The notes: generated from the sequence alone by a model not told the origin. Numbered from the stretch's first letter, positions 46,721 to 56,268 are shown. The stretch is DNA of 64,000 nucleotides from a virus (IMGVR_UViG_2721755486_000001:32001-96000); one strand, 5' to 3'. Translations and numbers: made by a program.

Positions 46721-47788
46721 ACGAACATCGCAGCAATCCGTCGCCCGATCACGTCCATCGACCAGTTGATGAAGGAGGCCGATGCCCTGATCCAGCGCTA
46801 CTTCAAGAACGAAATCTCGCTTGAAAAGGCACGCTGCGTGCTGGACAAAACGTTGATGTCGGCGGCGCTGGAAACGATCGGGGGTCCCGACGCCGCCACC
46901 GCTGTTCTGGAGGCGGCCGTGGCGCTAGACCACCCGGCGTTCGTGAGGGAACTGCTCGATGCCGGTGCGAATCCCGACGGTCTCAAGTTCGACGGGTACG
47001 GCCCGGAAAGCAATGGCTGCCCCCTCGCTACTGCGATCTTCGACATCTATGAAATCAGCAGCGCGTTCATCATCAACATGCTGCTGATCGAAGGGGCAAC
47101 GCCGGACCGTCGCCGCACCGGGGACACCCTTCTGCACGCGCTCGCACGCGGCGGAGATCTGCTGGGCGCCGACCCGGACCGCGCGCAATGCTTCCATTGG
47201 ATGGTCGCTGCCGGTTGGGTGGTGAACGCTCGCAACGACGACGGCGCCACCCCTCTGATCGAAGCGGCCAATCTGGGGAACCACTACGCGGTCGCGGCAC
47301 TGATCGCGTTGGGCGCCGACGTCCACGCCGTCGACGTCTATGGGTACAGCGCCCTCGATATGGCACTGAAGAGCATCGATCAGAACGGGGTCGCGGCCTG
47401 CGTTGAAGCGCTGGTCGGCGCTGGGGCGAAACCGTGCAAGCCGTGCGGCGACGATTACTACGAAGAACGGGAACGCCTGCGCGGGGAGTATGACCAGATC
47501 ACCCAGCGTATCAAGACCAACGGCGATCTCACCGAGCTGGTCCAGATCCTCGACAAGGGGCAACACCTCGAATCCCGGGTGGACAACGAGGGCGCCACGC
47601 CCCTGATCGTCGCGGCCAAGCATGGCAACCACAAGGTTTTGACCTTCCTGATGGGGTGTGGGGCAAACATCAACGCGGTGGATCACGACGGCCTGAACGC
47701 TCTGGACCATGCGGTGGGTGCGGCACGCCAGTGCCGCACGGAGCTGCTGCTCAGCGTGGCGATGGCCACGCAGCCGGTAGGTGCGTAG
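46712..47788 (+). CDS. ankyrin-repeat protein
   Basis: GDTLLHALA, GATPLIEAA...LGADVHAVD, GATPLIVAA...GANINAVD. Confidence 0.9.
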   Translation: MTTTNIAAIRRPITSIDQLMKEADALIQRYFKNEISLEKARCVLDKTLMSAALETIGGPDAATAVLEAAVALDHPAFVRELLDAGANPDGLKFDGYGPESNGCPLATAIFDIYEISSAFIINMLLIEGATPDRRRTGDTLLHALARGGDLLGADPDRAQCFHWMVAAGWVVNARNDDGATPLIEAANLGNHYAVAALIALGADVHAVDVYGYSALDMALKSIDQNGVAACVEALVGAGAKPCKPCGDDYYEERERLRGEYDQITQRIKTNGDLTELVQILDKGQHLESRVDNEGATPLIVAAKHGNHKVLTFLMGCGANINAVDHDGLNALDHAVGAARQCRTELLLSVAMATQPVGA

Positions 47789-47815
47789 CGCCGTTTGCAG
47801 GCCGGCCGGCACGCG

Positions 47816-47928
47816 TGAGTCGCGACACCCCGGGGGTGAGCTCGGGCTCGCGACTCACCCAGGGCGGCCCCCCTCGCGATACTGAACTCATCGACACTAC
47901 CCACCCACGGAGCAACCACATGACCACC
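47816..47928 (+). repeat. inverted-repeat site (4 of 5) and duplicated promoter/RBS
   Basis: TGAGTCGC-N26-GCGACTCA-N20-GATACT. Confidence 0.8.
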
Positions 47929-48324
47929 GGCATCGCCAACGCCTCCCTGTGCGCCGCGGCGTTTCTCGGCGACCTCGATGCCATCCGCGCGCACCTCGAC
48001 GACGGGGCGGACATCAACGGCACGACGACGAACCACGCCGGCGAAGCGCTCACCCCGCTGATGTGGGCCAGCGCCGGCGGCCGTATCGAGGCGATGTACA
48101 TCCTGCTCGCGCAAGGCGCATCGCCCACCTACACCGACCCGCAGACCGGCGTGACGGCGTTGCACTGCGCAGCGATGGCCAACCAGCCGGAAGCGGTGGC
48201 GGTGCTGATGGTCCATGGCGCGGACCGTCATGCGACGGCGGACCACAACCAGGGCACCGAGCTTGTGAAGCCCATCGACCTGACCCGACCCGGAACGGCG
48301 GCGCACGCGCTGCTGAGCCGCTGA
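47920..48324 (+). CDS. ankyrin-repeat protein
   Basis: GADING, LTPLMWAS, GVTALHCAA. Confidence 0.88.
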   Translation: MTTGIANASLCAAAFLGDLDAIRAHLDDGADINGTTTNHAGEALTPLMWASAGGRIEAMYILLAQGASPTYTDPQTGVTALHCAAMANQPEAVAVLMVHGADRHATADHNQGTELVKPIDLTRPGTAAHALLSR

Positions 48325-48373
48325 ACCCTGAATCGTCCCAACCACCCGTTTTCCACCACCAAGGAGCTTGACC

Positions 48374-48934
48374 ATGGCCACCCAGATCCAATGCACGTCC
48401 GCAGAACTGCCGAACCTCATGCCGTTGCTCGCTACGCTGACCGATTTCACGTTGAACGTGATCCCGGCGGCGATCACCACCGCCGCGCAGGCCGCTCAGG
48501 CGGTCGTACAACCGGCGGTTCCCACTCCGGTGGCGCAGGTGGTGGCACCCACTCCTGTGGCCCCGGTGGCTTCCGTGGCTCCGGTGGAGGACTCGGCGAC
48601 CATGAGCACCGCGGAGGTGATGGAGCTGTTCGACTACGCCACGCCGCAAGCGGTGGCGGACCTGATGCAGCGCGCCGAGATCCCTGCGGTTCAGCGCGGG
48701 CGCAACAACTATTACGAGCGTGCCAAGGTGCTGGCCCTGAAGAAGCTGTACAGCGAGACGTTCAGCCTGTCCGAAGCCTCGGAGCTGGTGGGCTACAAGA
48801 ACCCGTCGGGCCTGCTGCTGCACATCGGGCAGCGCCGCATCACGCCGACGATGGTGGCGGGCCACATGCGCTTCCGCGTGAAGGACCTCGAGCAGTTCGA
48901 GAAGCTGCGCGGACCGGTCCGCCGCCGCTGGTAA
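48374..48934 (+). CDS. DNA-binding protein with two excisionase-type HTH domains
   Basis: MSTAEVMELF and FSLSEASELVG...RFRVKDL; AAGGAG RBS. Confidence 0.7.
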   Translation: MATQIQCTSAELPNLMPLLATLTDFTLNVIPAAITTAAQAAQAVVQPAVPTPVAQVVAPTPVAPVASVAPVEDSATMSTAEVMELFDYATPQAVADLMQRAEIPAVQRGRNNYYERAKVLALKKLYSETFSLSEASELVGYKNPSGLLLHIGQRRITPTMVAGHMRFRVKDLEQFEKLRGPVRRRW

Positions 48935-49113
48935 GCCCGGCATCACCACTCGCATCACCGCAGTTCCAGCACCACCCGCACCACCCGCAACACCCAGCGC
49001 CACGGCGCTCCTCCTCGCGACACGTCCGGGCCCCACCGGAGAGATCGCCCCGGTTCGTCGGGGGCTTCCACCGTTCCACGCATCCCCCCAACGCCAACCA
49101 CCGGGAGACCCCC

Positions 49114-49659
49114 ATGGCCATGCAGAACCGCGTCCTCGGCACGCCGTACGCGCGCCGTCCGATCGACCCGATCGCCGTCCAGGCGTCGGCCGCTCGCTCC
49201 GTTTCGATCCCGATGCCGCCGCACGGGGTCCCGTACGACTACTACGCGGCGGCGTACCTGCTCGCGGTGCAGACCGCCAACCAGCGCGGGGCGGTGCTCG
49301 CCCTCGACCTGGTGCGCAAGGCCCACACCGTCGACCTGCTGGGCATGGCGCTGCTGGGCGACCTGGCCGCCGGCGAGATGGTGGAGGTGCGCGAAACCCT
49401 GTCCTCGCCGTTGGCGGTGGAGCACCTGCACCGCGTGCGCTACCACCAGGACGACCAGGGCGGGGCGTTCGTCGCGTTCAAGGACCTCACGCCGCTGCAC
49501 GTGGTGGCCCTGCACGGCATGGCGAAGTTCGTCCGCCCGTTGCTCAAAGTCGGGGTGAATCCCCGTGCGCGGACCGCGTGCGGCAAGACCGCTCGCGACC
49601 TGGCGGAGCGCCGCGGCCACCACGCGGTGGTGAAAGCCCTGACCGCCCGGGGCGCATGA
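49114..49659 (+). CDS. protein with C-terminal ankyrin repeats
   Basis: LTPLHVVALHG...GKTARDLAERRGH. Confidence 0.75.
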   Translation: MAMQNRVLGTPYARRPIDPIAVQASAARSVSIPMPPHGVPYDYYAAAYLLAVQTANQRGAVLALDLVRKAHTVDLLGMALLGDLAAGEMVEVRETLSSPLAVEHLHRVRYHQDDQGGAFVAFKDLTPLHVVALHGMAKFVRPLLKVGVNPRARTACGKTARDLAERRGHHAVVKALTARGA

Positions 49660-49672
49660 GCACCGTTCCCGT

Positions 49673-49739
49673 TGAGTCGCGCCGTGCGTTTTCGACGAGC
49701 GGTCGGCGACTCAGCGGGGGAGGCCCGAGCCTGGACACT
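49673..49739 (+). promoter_or_regulatory. inverted-repeat site (5 of 5) plus -10-like hexamer
   Basis: TGAGTCGC-N25-GCGACTCA-N20-GACACT. Confidence 0.7.
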
Positions 49740-49773
49740 GGACCGGTCTCAACCAACCCACGAGGACACCACC

Positions 49774-50121
49774 ATGGGATTCATTCCGGAACTGATTGAC
49801 ACGCAATCCCCTGACCACTTGGACGGCGCCGGCTGGCTCACCTGTCCGGAACGTATGGACGACGCGGGCCGTCGCAACCTCCCGACCGTCAGCCGCTTGA
49901 TCTGCGAACTGGGCGAGGAGCTGGACCAGGAAATGCCGCCGCGGGCGTGGATGGCAGGACGCTTCCAGACGGTATTGAAGCACCTCGCCGCTGGGTCGCA
50001 GGACCACTACGTCATGGGCCCGCTGGTGCTGCGCGCGAGCGCGACCACGTGGGCATACGTGGCCGCGTTTTACCGCAACGGCGAGTGGGTGGCCCAGCTC
50101 CACGTCGGCGGCACCTTGTAA
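49774..50121 (+). CDS. hypothetical protein
   Basis: GAGG RBS; 115 aa. Confidence 0.6.
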   Translation: MGFIPELIDTQSPDHLDGAGWLTCPERMDDAGRRNLPTVSRLICELGEELDQEMPPRAWMAGRFQTVLKHLAAGSQDHYVMGPLVLRASATTWAYVAAFYRNGEWVAQLHVGGTL

Positions 50122-50166
50122 CCCGACCCCCTGACCACCGCATCCCAAACCCACCAGGAGAACCGT

Positions 50167-51012
50167 ATGGCCCGCAAAACCACCACGAGCACGACCACCA
50201 CGACGAAGGCGTTCACCGACCGTGTGGAACGCTTCGCGCAGAACAACCCGATCCGCTCGGGCGTGAAGGCGATCCTTGACGACATCATCCAGTTGCAGTT
50301 CAACGTGTTGTCGGTCACGGCCCCGATGATGTACGCCCTGACCGCGGGCGCGGCGTGGTTCAACAAGGATCACCTGATCGCGCTGGACGAGTACCGCGGC
50401 CACCCGCAGGCATGGGCGGAGCAGTTGGCCCTTGGCGCGATGTACTTGGAGCTGGTGAAGACCTCGGCACCGTTCACCGACGTGCTGGGGGACGTCTACG
50501 GGTCCGCAATCGCACCGAAGCAGGCCAAGGCGATGGGGCAACACCTGACGCCGGCCGGTCTGGCGGACGGGCTCGCGCGCTTCGCGGCCCAGATGGGCCA
50601 GGGCGCGACGACCGGGGAGGCAAACCGGCCGTTCAACGCCAGCGAAGGCCAGATCGTATGCGACCCGGCGTGCGGCACCGGCGCGTTGCTGCTGGCAAAC
50701 CTCCGTCAGGCGTTCGCGGCCCACGGGAAGGAAGGGGTGGCGCGCATGTACGTGTTCGCGAACGACATCGACCCCGCCATGGTGAAGGCCACGGTGGTGC
50801 AGATCGTGCAGTCCAGCATCCTGCACAACGTGCCGTTTGGCGGGCTGCGGGTGCATTGCTCCGACCTGATCCGCCACTACCACGACGCGACGGCCGACAC
50901 GGTGGCGGTTCAGATTTGCCCGAACCGTGTCCGCAGCGCGGAGCACGCCTGTGACGAGACGGCCCGCAAGGAGGCGAAGGCAGGTCAGGCGACCACGAGC
51001 ACGGTGGCTTAA
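50167..51012 (+). CDS. N6-methyltransferase-like protein lacking the catalytic NPP(Y/F) motif
   Basis: GQHLTP, DPACGTG and NDID present; motif IV absent. Confidence 0.75.
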   Translation: MARKTTTSTTTTTKAFTDRVERFAQNNPIRSGVKAILDDIIQLQFNVLSVTAPMMYALTAGAAWFNKDHLIALDEYRGHPQAWAEQLALGAMYLELVKTSAPFTDVLGDVYGSAIAPKQAKAMGQHLTPAGLADGLARFAAQMGQGATTGEANRPFNASEGQIVCDPACGTGALLLANLRQAFAAHGKEGVARMYVFANDIDPAMVKATVVQIVQSSILHNVPFGGLRVHCSDLIRHYHDATADTVAVQICPNRVRSAEHACDETARKEAKAGQATTSTVA

Positions 51013-51079
51013 CCGATCCGAACCCCGGGGCGCGATGGGCGCCCTGTTCAACGCACAAACAGCAAACTTGGAGAACTGC

Positions 51080-51658
51080 ATGAACGACAAGCCGTACGCC
51101 AACGGGGCGATGATCAAAATGCTCGTCAACGTGTTTGAGGTGAGCCGGAACGAGTACGAGAGCGAACACGAGCAAACGTTGCTCCACTACGCGGCCTGGG
51201 CAGGAAATGCCGAAGCCGCGCATGCGCTGATCGAGCTGGGGGCGGAGGTCGATGCCAAAACGCTCGACGGGCACACGCCGCTTCTTTTTGCCGTGCAGCA
51301 GCGCTCGGTCGACACCGTACGGGTGTTGATCGAGGCGGGTGCTGACGTGAACGCAGAGGACGAGTCGAACCGTTCCATTCTCGATCACCTCTTTTTGGAC
51401 AACATGGTTGAGACCACCCGTCGGAACGATCTGCGCGTGATCCGGCTGCTGCTTGACGGTGGGGCCGATCCGACGTTGGGCCTGACCTTTGCCCTCGGCG
51501 AAGACCATGGCTTGGGCGTGCGCGCGACGGTGCGCGCCGGCGCCGACGTACAGGCCGCATGCGCCGACGCGGGCGACCAAGCTGGGGCATGCGCACTCCG
51601 GCAGATCGACATCCTCCGTGCGCGGCGTGAAAAAAAACCGACGGACAACCGGGGCTGA
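51080..51658 (+). CDS. ankyrin-repeat protein
   Basis: QTLLHYAAWAG, GHTPLLFAV, AGADVNAED. Confidence 0.88.
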   Translation: MNDKPYANGAMIKMLVNVFEVSRNEYESEHEQTLLHYAAWAGNAEAAHALIELGAEVDAKTLDGHTPLLFAVQQRSVDTVRVLIEAGADVNAEDESNRSILDHLFLDNMVETTRRNDLRVIRLLLDGGADPTLGLTFALGEDHGLGVRATVRAGADVQAACADAGDQAGACALRQIDILRARREKKPTDNRG

Positions 51659-51897
51659 TGGGGATCGAAACCCGGTGCTGACGCCGATGGGGCCGAAGGC
51701 CGGGGTTCGCGCCCAGGAGCCTCCGGCTCCGGTGGGGTTGCGACGTGCGAACGCAGGGCAGAAGGTGGGTGCCAGGGCACGGGTCGACCGTTCGTCCGAA
51801 GGGCGGCCCCACGGCTTGACGGGCCACCTGGACCCGCTAGGTTAAACGTATAGGGTACGCGCCAACGCAAAGCCCATTCACCCCCGGAGACCACATC

Positions 51898-52149
51898 ATG
51901 TCCACCCATGCCCCACACAATCCGCTCTCCCGCCTCGAAGGGCTCACGCCCGAGGAGGTGGCCGAAGCGTTGACGCACATCCGCTCCATCCGCCCGGAGC
52001 CGGGCTACTTCGACACCATGGCCGAGAGGGCTTATGCCGTCCTTTTCACCCGTCTGGGTGCTGAGCGTTGTGCTTCCACCGAGGCTGAGGTTGACCCCGT
52101 GCTGCAAGAGCTGGACGCCGGCGACCAGGATTCTGGCCTCACCGTCTAG
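51898..52149 (+). CDS. small acidic hypothetical protein
   Basis: GGAG RBS; operator at 51769 and TTGACG-N16-TAGGTT (51816) upstream. Confidence 0.65.
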   Translation: MSTHAPHNPLSRLEGLTPEEVAEALTHIRSIRPEPGYFDTMAERAYAVLFTRLGAERCASTEAEVDPVLQELDAGDQDSGLTV

Positions 52150-52250
52150 CTGTGCCACGGCACATCCAACGCAGCGCCCCGGCCCGTACTTGACGGGCCG
52201 AAAGTACCCACTAGCCTGGACCGCGTCCGACCCGATCCAGGAGGTGCGCC

Positions 52251-53027
52251 GTGCCCATGCTGATGTTGAACGTCCCCTTTGCGCAAAAGGAGGAGGCCAA
52301 AGCCTTGGGGGCGCGCTGGAACCAGGCCGAGAAGAAATGGTACGTCCCCGACCACGTGGACCCGGCGCCGTTCCTGGCCCGGCCCGAGTGGACCGACCCG
52401 GAGTATGTCCCGCCGCCGCAGGTGCCCGGCAAGGGTCCGAAATGGCCGCTGTACGTCGACCTGATCCCGCGCACGGCCTGGTTCTCCAACCTCCGGTCGG
52501 AGCTGAACGAGGCCGAGTGGACGGCGTTGAAGCGTCGGACGTTCGACGCCGCCGGGTGGGTGTGCGAAGTCTGCACCTGCAAGGGGCCCAAGTGGCCGGT
52601 GGAGTGCCACGAGCGGTTCAACTACGACGAGGAGACGGGAGTCCAGACCCTGACGGGCACCATCGCCCTGTGCCCGTCCTGCCACGAGAGCACGCACATG
52701 GGGTTCGCCCGCACCCGGGGCCGCGAGGCTGAAGCCATGGCGCACCTCATGGCGGTCAACGGCTGGACCGATCCGGAAGCACGCCAGCACGTCCAGGAGG
52801 CGATGCGCACGTACGGCCGGCGCAGCGCACGGGACTGGCAGTTCGACGCCCGCTGGTTGCTCGGCCGGCTCGACCTGTCAGAGGAGACTCGGGAGAAGAT
52901 CATGGGGCACGCGGAAGGCCTGGCCCCGCGGATCGTCACCGAGGAGCAGCAGGGGATCCGGGACGCCCACGCCTACGAGGGGCAGGACAACGGGCTGTTC
53001 GACGACTTCTTTCACCAGCCCAACTGA
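52251..53027 (+). CDS. DUF5710-domain HNH endonuclease
   Basis: LNVPFAQKEEAKALGARWN...KWYVP; CEVC...ECHE...LCPSCH. Confidence 0.8.
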   Translation: MPMLMLNVPFAQKEEAKALGARWNQAEKKWYVPDHVDPAPFLARPEWTDPEYVPPPQVPGKGPKWPLYVDLIPRTAWFSNLRSELNEAEWTALKRRTFDAAGWVCEVCTCKGPKWPVECHERFNYDEETGVQTLTGTIALCPSCHESTHMGFARTRGREAEAMAHLMAVNGWTDPEARQHVQEAMRTYGRRSARDWQFDARWLLGRLDLSEETREKIMGHAEGLAPRIVTEEQQGIRDAHAYEGQDNGLFDDFFHQPN

Positions 53028-53150
53028 TTGGCCTACGCCCGTGCCCTGGCACGGGCCTATTTTTGGCCGGGTGGTTGACAGGGGACCAGGACCCGCTAGG
53101 TACAAAGGAGAGGCCCCGGCCTGGGGCCATCAATAGGAGGGGGATCTACC

Positions 53151-53513
53151 GTGCACATCCTGCAATCCTTCGTTCACATCGAGGTGTGGATCGCGATCTT
53201 CAGCCTGGCTCTGGCCATCGTTTGGCGGGCCACGCTGGGCGTGGCCATCCTCAGTGCGATGCACCGGGGCGAACGATTCGACGACCGCACGCTGAGCGGC
53301 CAAGCCATGAGCGTTGTGGGCACGCTCTGGACCTCGATCAAGCTGGGAGCCTGCCTGTACATCGTGACCGTCATTCCCGTGCCGGCGCTTTGGTTGAACA
53401 TCCTCCTGGCCCTGTTCCTGCTCGGCGACACGCTCCTCGGCATCCGGAAGATCGTGGGCCTGACCCACCTTGCGGGGCGCCTCGTGGTGGCGAAGGTGGT
53501 CCCCAAGCGCTGA
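53151..53513 (+). CDS. membrane protein
   Basis: Several TM segments; AGGAGG RBS; operator at 53041 and TTGACA-N16-TAGGTA upstream. Confidence 0.7.
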   Translation: MHILQSFVHIEVWIAIFSLALAIVWRATLGVAILSAMHRGERFDDRTLSGQAMSVVGTLWTSIKLGACLYIVTVIPVPALWLNILLALFLLGDTLLGIRKIVGLTHLAGRLVVAKVVPKR

Positions 53514-53574
53514 TCAATCACCAGGTTCATGAAAGCAGGCCCCAGCCTGGGGTCACCACACGGAGGAGACGGCC

Positions 53575-53793
53575 ATGCTCATCACCCTCGGAATCGTTCT
53601 GGGGATCCTGCTCGCAGCGTTCCTGCGGCCCATCGCACGGAACACCCTGGCGATCGACTGCTTGACCAGCGCGAGCACGGTCCTGGTGGTCGCGTGCCTG
53701 CCCATCCGGGGCCTGCTCGTGAGCATGATCGTCGCGTTGGGCCTTCGGTTGGTCTGGGCCTGGCTCATCAACGGCACGGCGGTGCGACCATGA
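53575..53793 (+). CDS. small membrane protein
   Basis: 72 aa, hydrophobic; GGAGGAG RBS. Confidence 0.65.
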   Translation: MLITLGIVLGILLAAFLRPIARNTLAIDCLTSASTVLVVACLPIRGLLVSMIVALGLRLVWAWLINGTAVRP

Positions 53794-54002
53794 CCACCGT
53801 AACCACCGACAGCCTCAACCTGGACCTGCTGAGCTTCGCCGCGGCCGGCAACGCCCTGGGCATCCGGTTCGCGCTGCACTACGGCGCGGACCTCCACGCC
53901 ACCGACGGGAACCACCGGACGGCGGTACAGCTCGCGGAGCAGAACGGCCACACCCGGCTGGCGCAGTGGCTCCTCGACATGCGGGCCCCGCGCTCCGCGT
54001 GA
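53790..54002 (+). CDS. minimal (two-repeat) ankyrin protein
   Basis: AAAGN...YGADLHATDGNHRTAVQLAEQNGH; ATGA overlap. Confidence 0.75.
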   Translation: MTTVTTDSLNLDLLSFAAAGNALGIRFALHYGADLHATDGNHRTAVQLAEQNGHTRLAQWLLDMRAPRSA

Positions 54003-54268
54003 GGGTGGTGGGGCTGGAGCGGGGTGAAAACCCCACCTGGCCGCGGAGCGCCAGGTCGCAACACCGTGCTGACGCCGATGGGGCCGGAGGCACGGGGTGA
54101 CCGCCCAGGGGAGCTTTGGCTCCCCATTTGGTTGGCGCCACAGCGGCGTATCAATCCGTGCCACGGCACACTCTGAAATCCTCCCCGTCGGCGTTTGACA
54201 AGCACGCGGTACCTGCCATGTTGTTCCCACGGCCATCCGGCCGCAGCCACCCACCATGAGGAGACCCG

Positions 54269-54826
54269 ATGCAATACGCCCTGATCACCCTGAAGGACAA
54301 GCAGTTCATCATCGACGCCCACGAGTTGAGCGCGCTGGACAACTTCCGCGACGGCATCGCCGACGTGGAACCGAAGCCCAACGAGAACGGCCCGCTGTAC
54401 GTCGCGTACGGGGTCTACAAGCCCCAGCCCGGCATCGAGTGGGAGGACGCGATGGGCCACCTGCTCGAACGCCAGGACGTCTGGCTGGGCCACATCGCGG
54501 GAGAGCGCTGCCATACCCTCGGCTTCCACGCGGTCGAACCGCTCCCGCCGGTCCAGCAGGGCATGTCGTTCAGCATCCCGTTCGCGGCACTGATCCACGC
54601 GCACCCGGATCTGATCGAGCAGATCGGCGACCACGACCGGATCCAGGCCTTCACGGCCTTTGTGCGGTTCTGGAACATCAGCCCGGCGGACAATATTTTC
54701 AACCGCAAGGGCCTGCTGGCGTTCAAGGGCATCGAACGCCGCGGCACCACCACCGTGACGAAGGAAAACTGGCGCGAGCGCATCGACATCGAGCGCGCCG
54801 TCCTAACCGCGTTGCGGATCCACTGA
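54269..54826 (+). CDS. hypothetical protein
   Basis: GAGGAG RBS and strong codon bias; operator at 54158 and TTGACA at 54195 upstream. Confidence 0.75.
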   Translation: MQYALITLKDKQFIIDAHELSALDNFRDGIADVEPKPNENGPLYVAYGVYKPQPGIEWEDAMGHLLERQDVWLGHIAGERCHTLGFHAVEPLPPVQQGMSFSIPFAALIHAHPDLIEQIGDHDRIQAFTAFVRFWNISPADNIFNRKGLLAFKGIERRGTTTVTKENWRERIDIERAVLTALRIH

Positions 54827-54893
54827 CCCGGGCCGCCTCACCAGCACGTGCGACCGTCACCCCGTGGGTGACGGTTCACTTCAGGCGGTGGTT

Positions 54894-55772
54894 CTACCTG
54901 GCTTCGCTGATCTGAGCTTCGATCAAGCCGGAAGCGTTGAGCAGGCAGGCGATGTTGTATTTCAGCTTCAGGTTGAAGCTGTTCTTGGCCGTGAAGGTTG
55001 AGGTCACCCTGGTGTTGCCATTCGCTCCGTCGGAGACCGCCACGTCCAACACCCGGGAGAAGTCCACGGTGCTGGGATGGGCCGCGTGAGATTTGGCGTA
55101 GCCCTCGCACAGCGCGACCGCCTGCCCATGGTCGATGTTGCGCGGCGCTTCGAACGGCTTGCGGCTGGCGACATCTTGGGGCGTGAAGAACACGTTGAAC
55201 ACCTGGGTGCCCTTGCCGCAGGTGACGTAGAACGTCGGATGCGCCTTGGTGCTGGTCGAACTGAGTGACGCGGAGGACGGGTCGATGTCACCACATCGGG
55301 AGTTCTCCCGGTGGATGCGATTCACCCCATCGATGATGGTCTTCTTATAGGGGAGGGTGGACTTGTCGAACTGAAAATCCGCCTCGGTGAAAACCCGTTG
55401 TCCCGACGCGTCGACCTGGGGCTTTCGCAGCGCGGTGGACGGCACCCAGCCGATGTGTGTGTCGTGCAGGAAATCCGGATCGGTGACCTGTACGCGGGAC
55501 CACGATCCTTGGGTGCACTGCTCGTTCACGGTCACGGAGTTGTCGATCGCCATGTACTGCGTGGTGTGCATGATCGCCGTGGCTTTCTCGTTCACGAGCT
55601 TCGAGGCCCCGGTCTTCGGAGCAGCCAGGAGCAGGACGTTCTGGCCGTTCACGCTGTAGCTTTTCCCGGTTGCTGTGCTGCCCGGCCCACAAGGGGCCGC
55701 GGTCTCTGCGTGAGCGACGTTCAAAAGGGCGGACGTGGCGAAAAGCCAGCCGACAAGAAATACCCGTTTCAT
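54894..55772 (-). CDS. exported protein, possible SH3-like domain
   Basis: Signal peptide MKRVFLVGW...AHA; WSRVQV...GWVPSTAL; AAGGA RBS. Confidence 0.7.
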   Translation of the reverse strand: MKRVFLVGWLFATSALLNVAHAETAAPCGPGSTATGKSYSVNGQNVLLLAAPKTGASKLVNEKATAIMHTTQYMAIDNSVTVNEQCTQGSWSRVQVTDPDFLHDTHIGWVPSTALRKPQVDASGQRVFTEADFQFDKSTLPYKKTIIDGVNRIHRENSRCGDIDPSSASLSSTSTKAHPTFYVTCGKGTQVFNVFFTPQDVASRKPFEAPRNIDHGQAVALCEGYAKSHAAHPSTVDFSRVLDVAVSDGANGNTRVTSTFTAKNSFNLKLKYNIACLLNASGLIEAQISEAR

Positions 55773-55824
55773 GGTGGTCCTTCGTTGTTTTTGGTGGCCG
55801 TGATGGCGTGGAAGCCCGTGCGGT

Positions 55825-56268
55825 TTACGCAGCTCCCGGTGCTCCGTGAAAGTAGCCGCTGAGGAGGACCGGGGTCCGTGCCTTCCCGGTGTAGAACTCA
55901 AAATACTCCTCGCCACCGGCCTTTTGCGCGGCGTCGAACGCGGGATCGCCTTGCAGGCGCAACGATTCAAGCGTGTACCCGGTCGGGTCAGGAACGTCCT
56001 TGGCGAGAAGCTGGGCATGGCCCATGAGCATCAGGGCGAAGAACTGCTCATCCCCTTGAACCTCGATCCCAGCGCATTGCAGCGCCGCGTCGAAGAAACC
56101 GATGAAATACCCACGGACGAACGGCGAGTGGAGCTTGGCTTGGTAGTTGTCGGCCGAGCGACTGATCATTAGGGCTAGCTCCAGGAGATTCGCGGCCCCG
56201 TGAACAATACGACCGTCGGGCGATGCCGTCGCCGGCGCTGGCGGTTTTTTCTTGAAAAATCCAAACAT
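55825..56268 (-). CDS. hypothetical protein
   Basis: Starts MFGFFKKK after an AAGGA RBS. Confidence 0.65.
   Translation of the reverse strand: MFGFFKKKPPAPATASPDGRIVHGAANLLELALMISRSADNYQAKLHSPFVRGYFIGFFDAALQCAGIEVQGDEQFFALMLMGHAQLLAKDVPDPTGYTLESLRLQGDPAFDAAQKAGGEEYFEFYTGKARTPVLLSGYFHGAPGAA

Noticed and set aside
44585-49713. Integron attC sites between the cassette-like genes
   Set aside because: No RYYYAAC/GTTRRRY ends, no integron integrase in the window, and the fixed distance to -10 hexamers fits promoters better
51654-51705. Hammerhead ribozyme (CTGATG...GAAA, CTGACG)
   Set aside because: The CUGANGA core, stem II and the GAAA-stem III-UH arrangement are incomplete and not shared by the other copies
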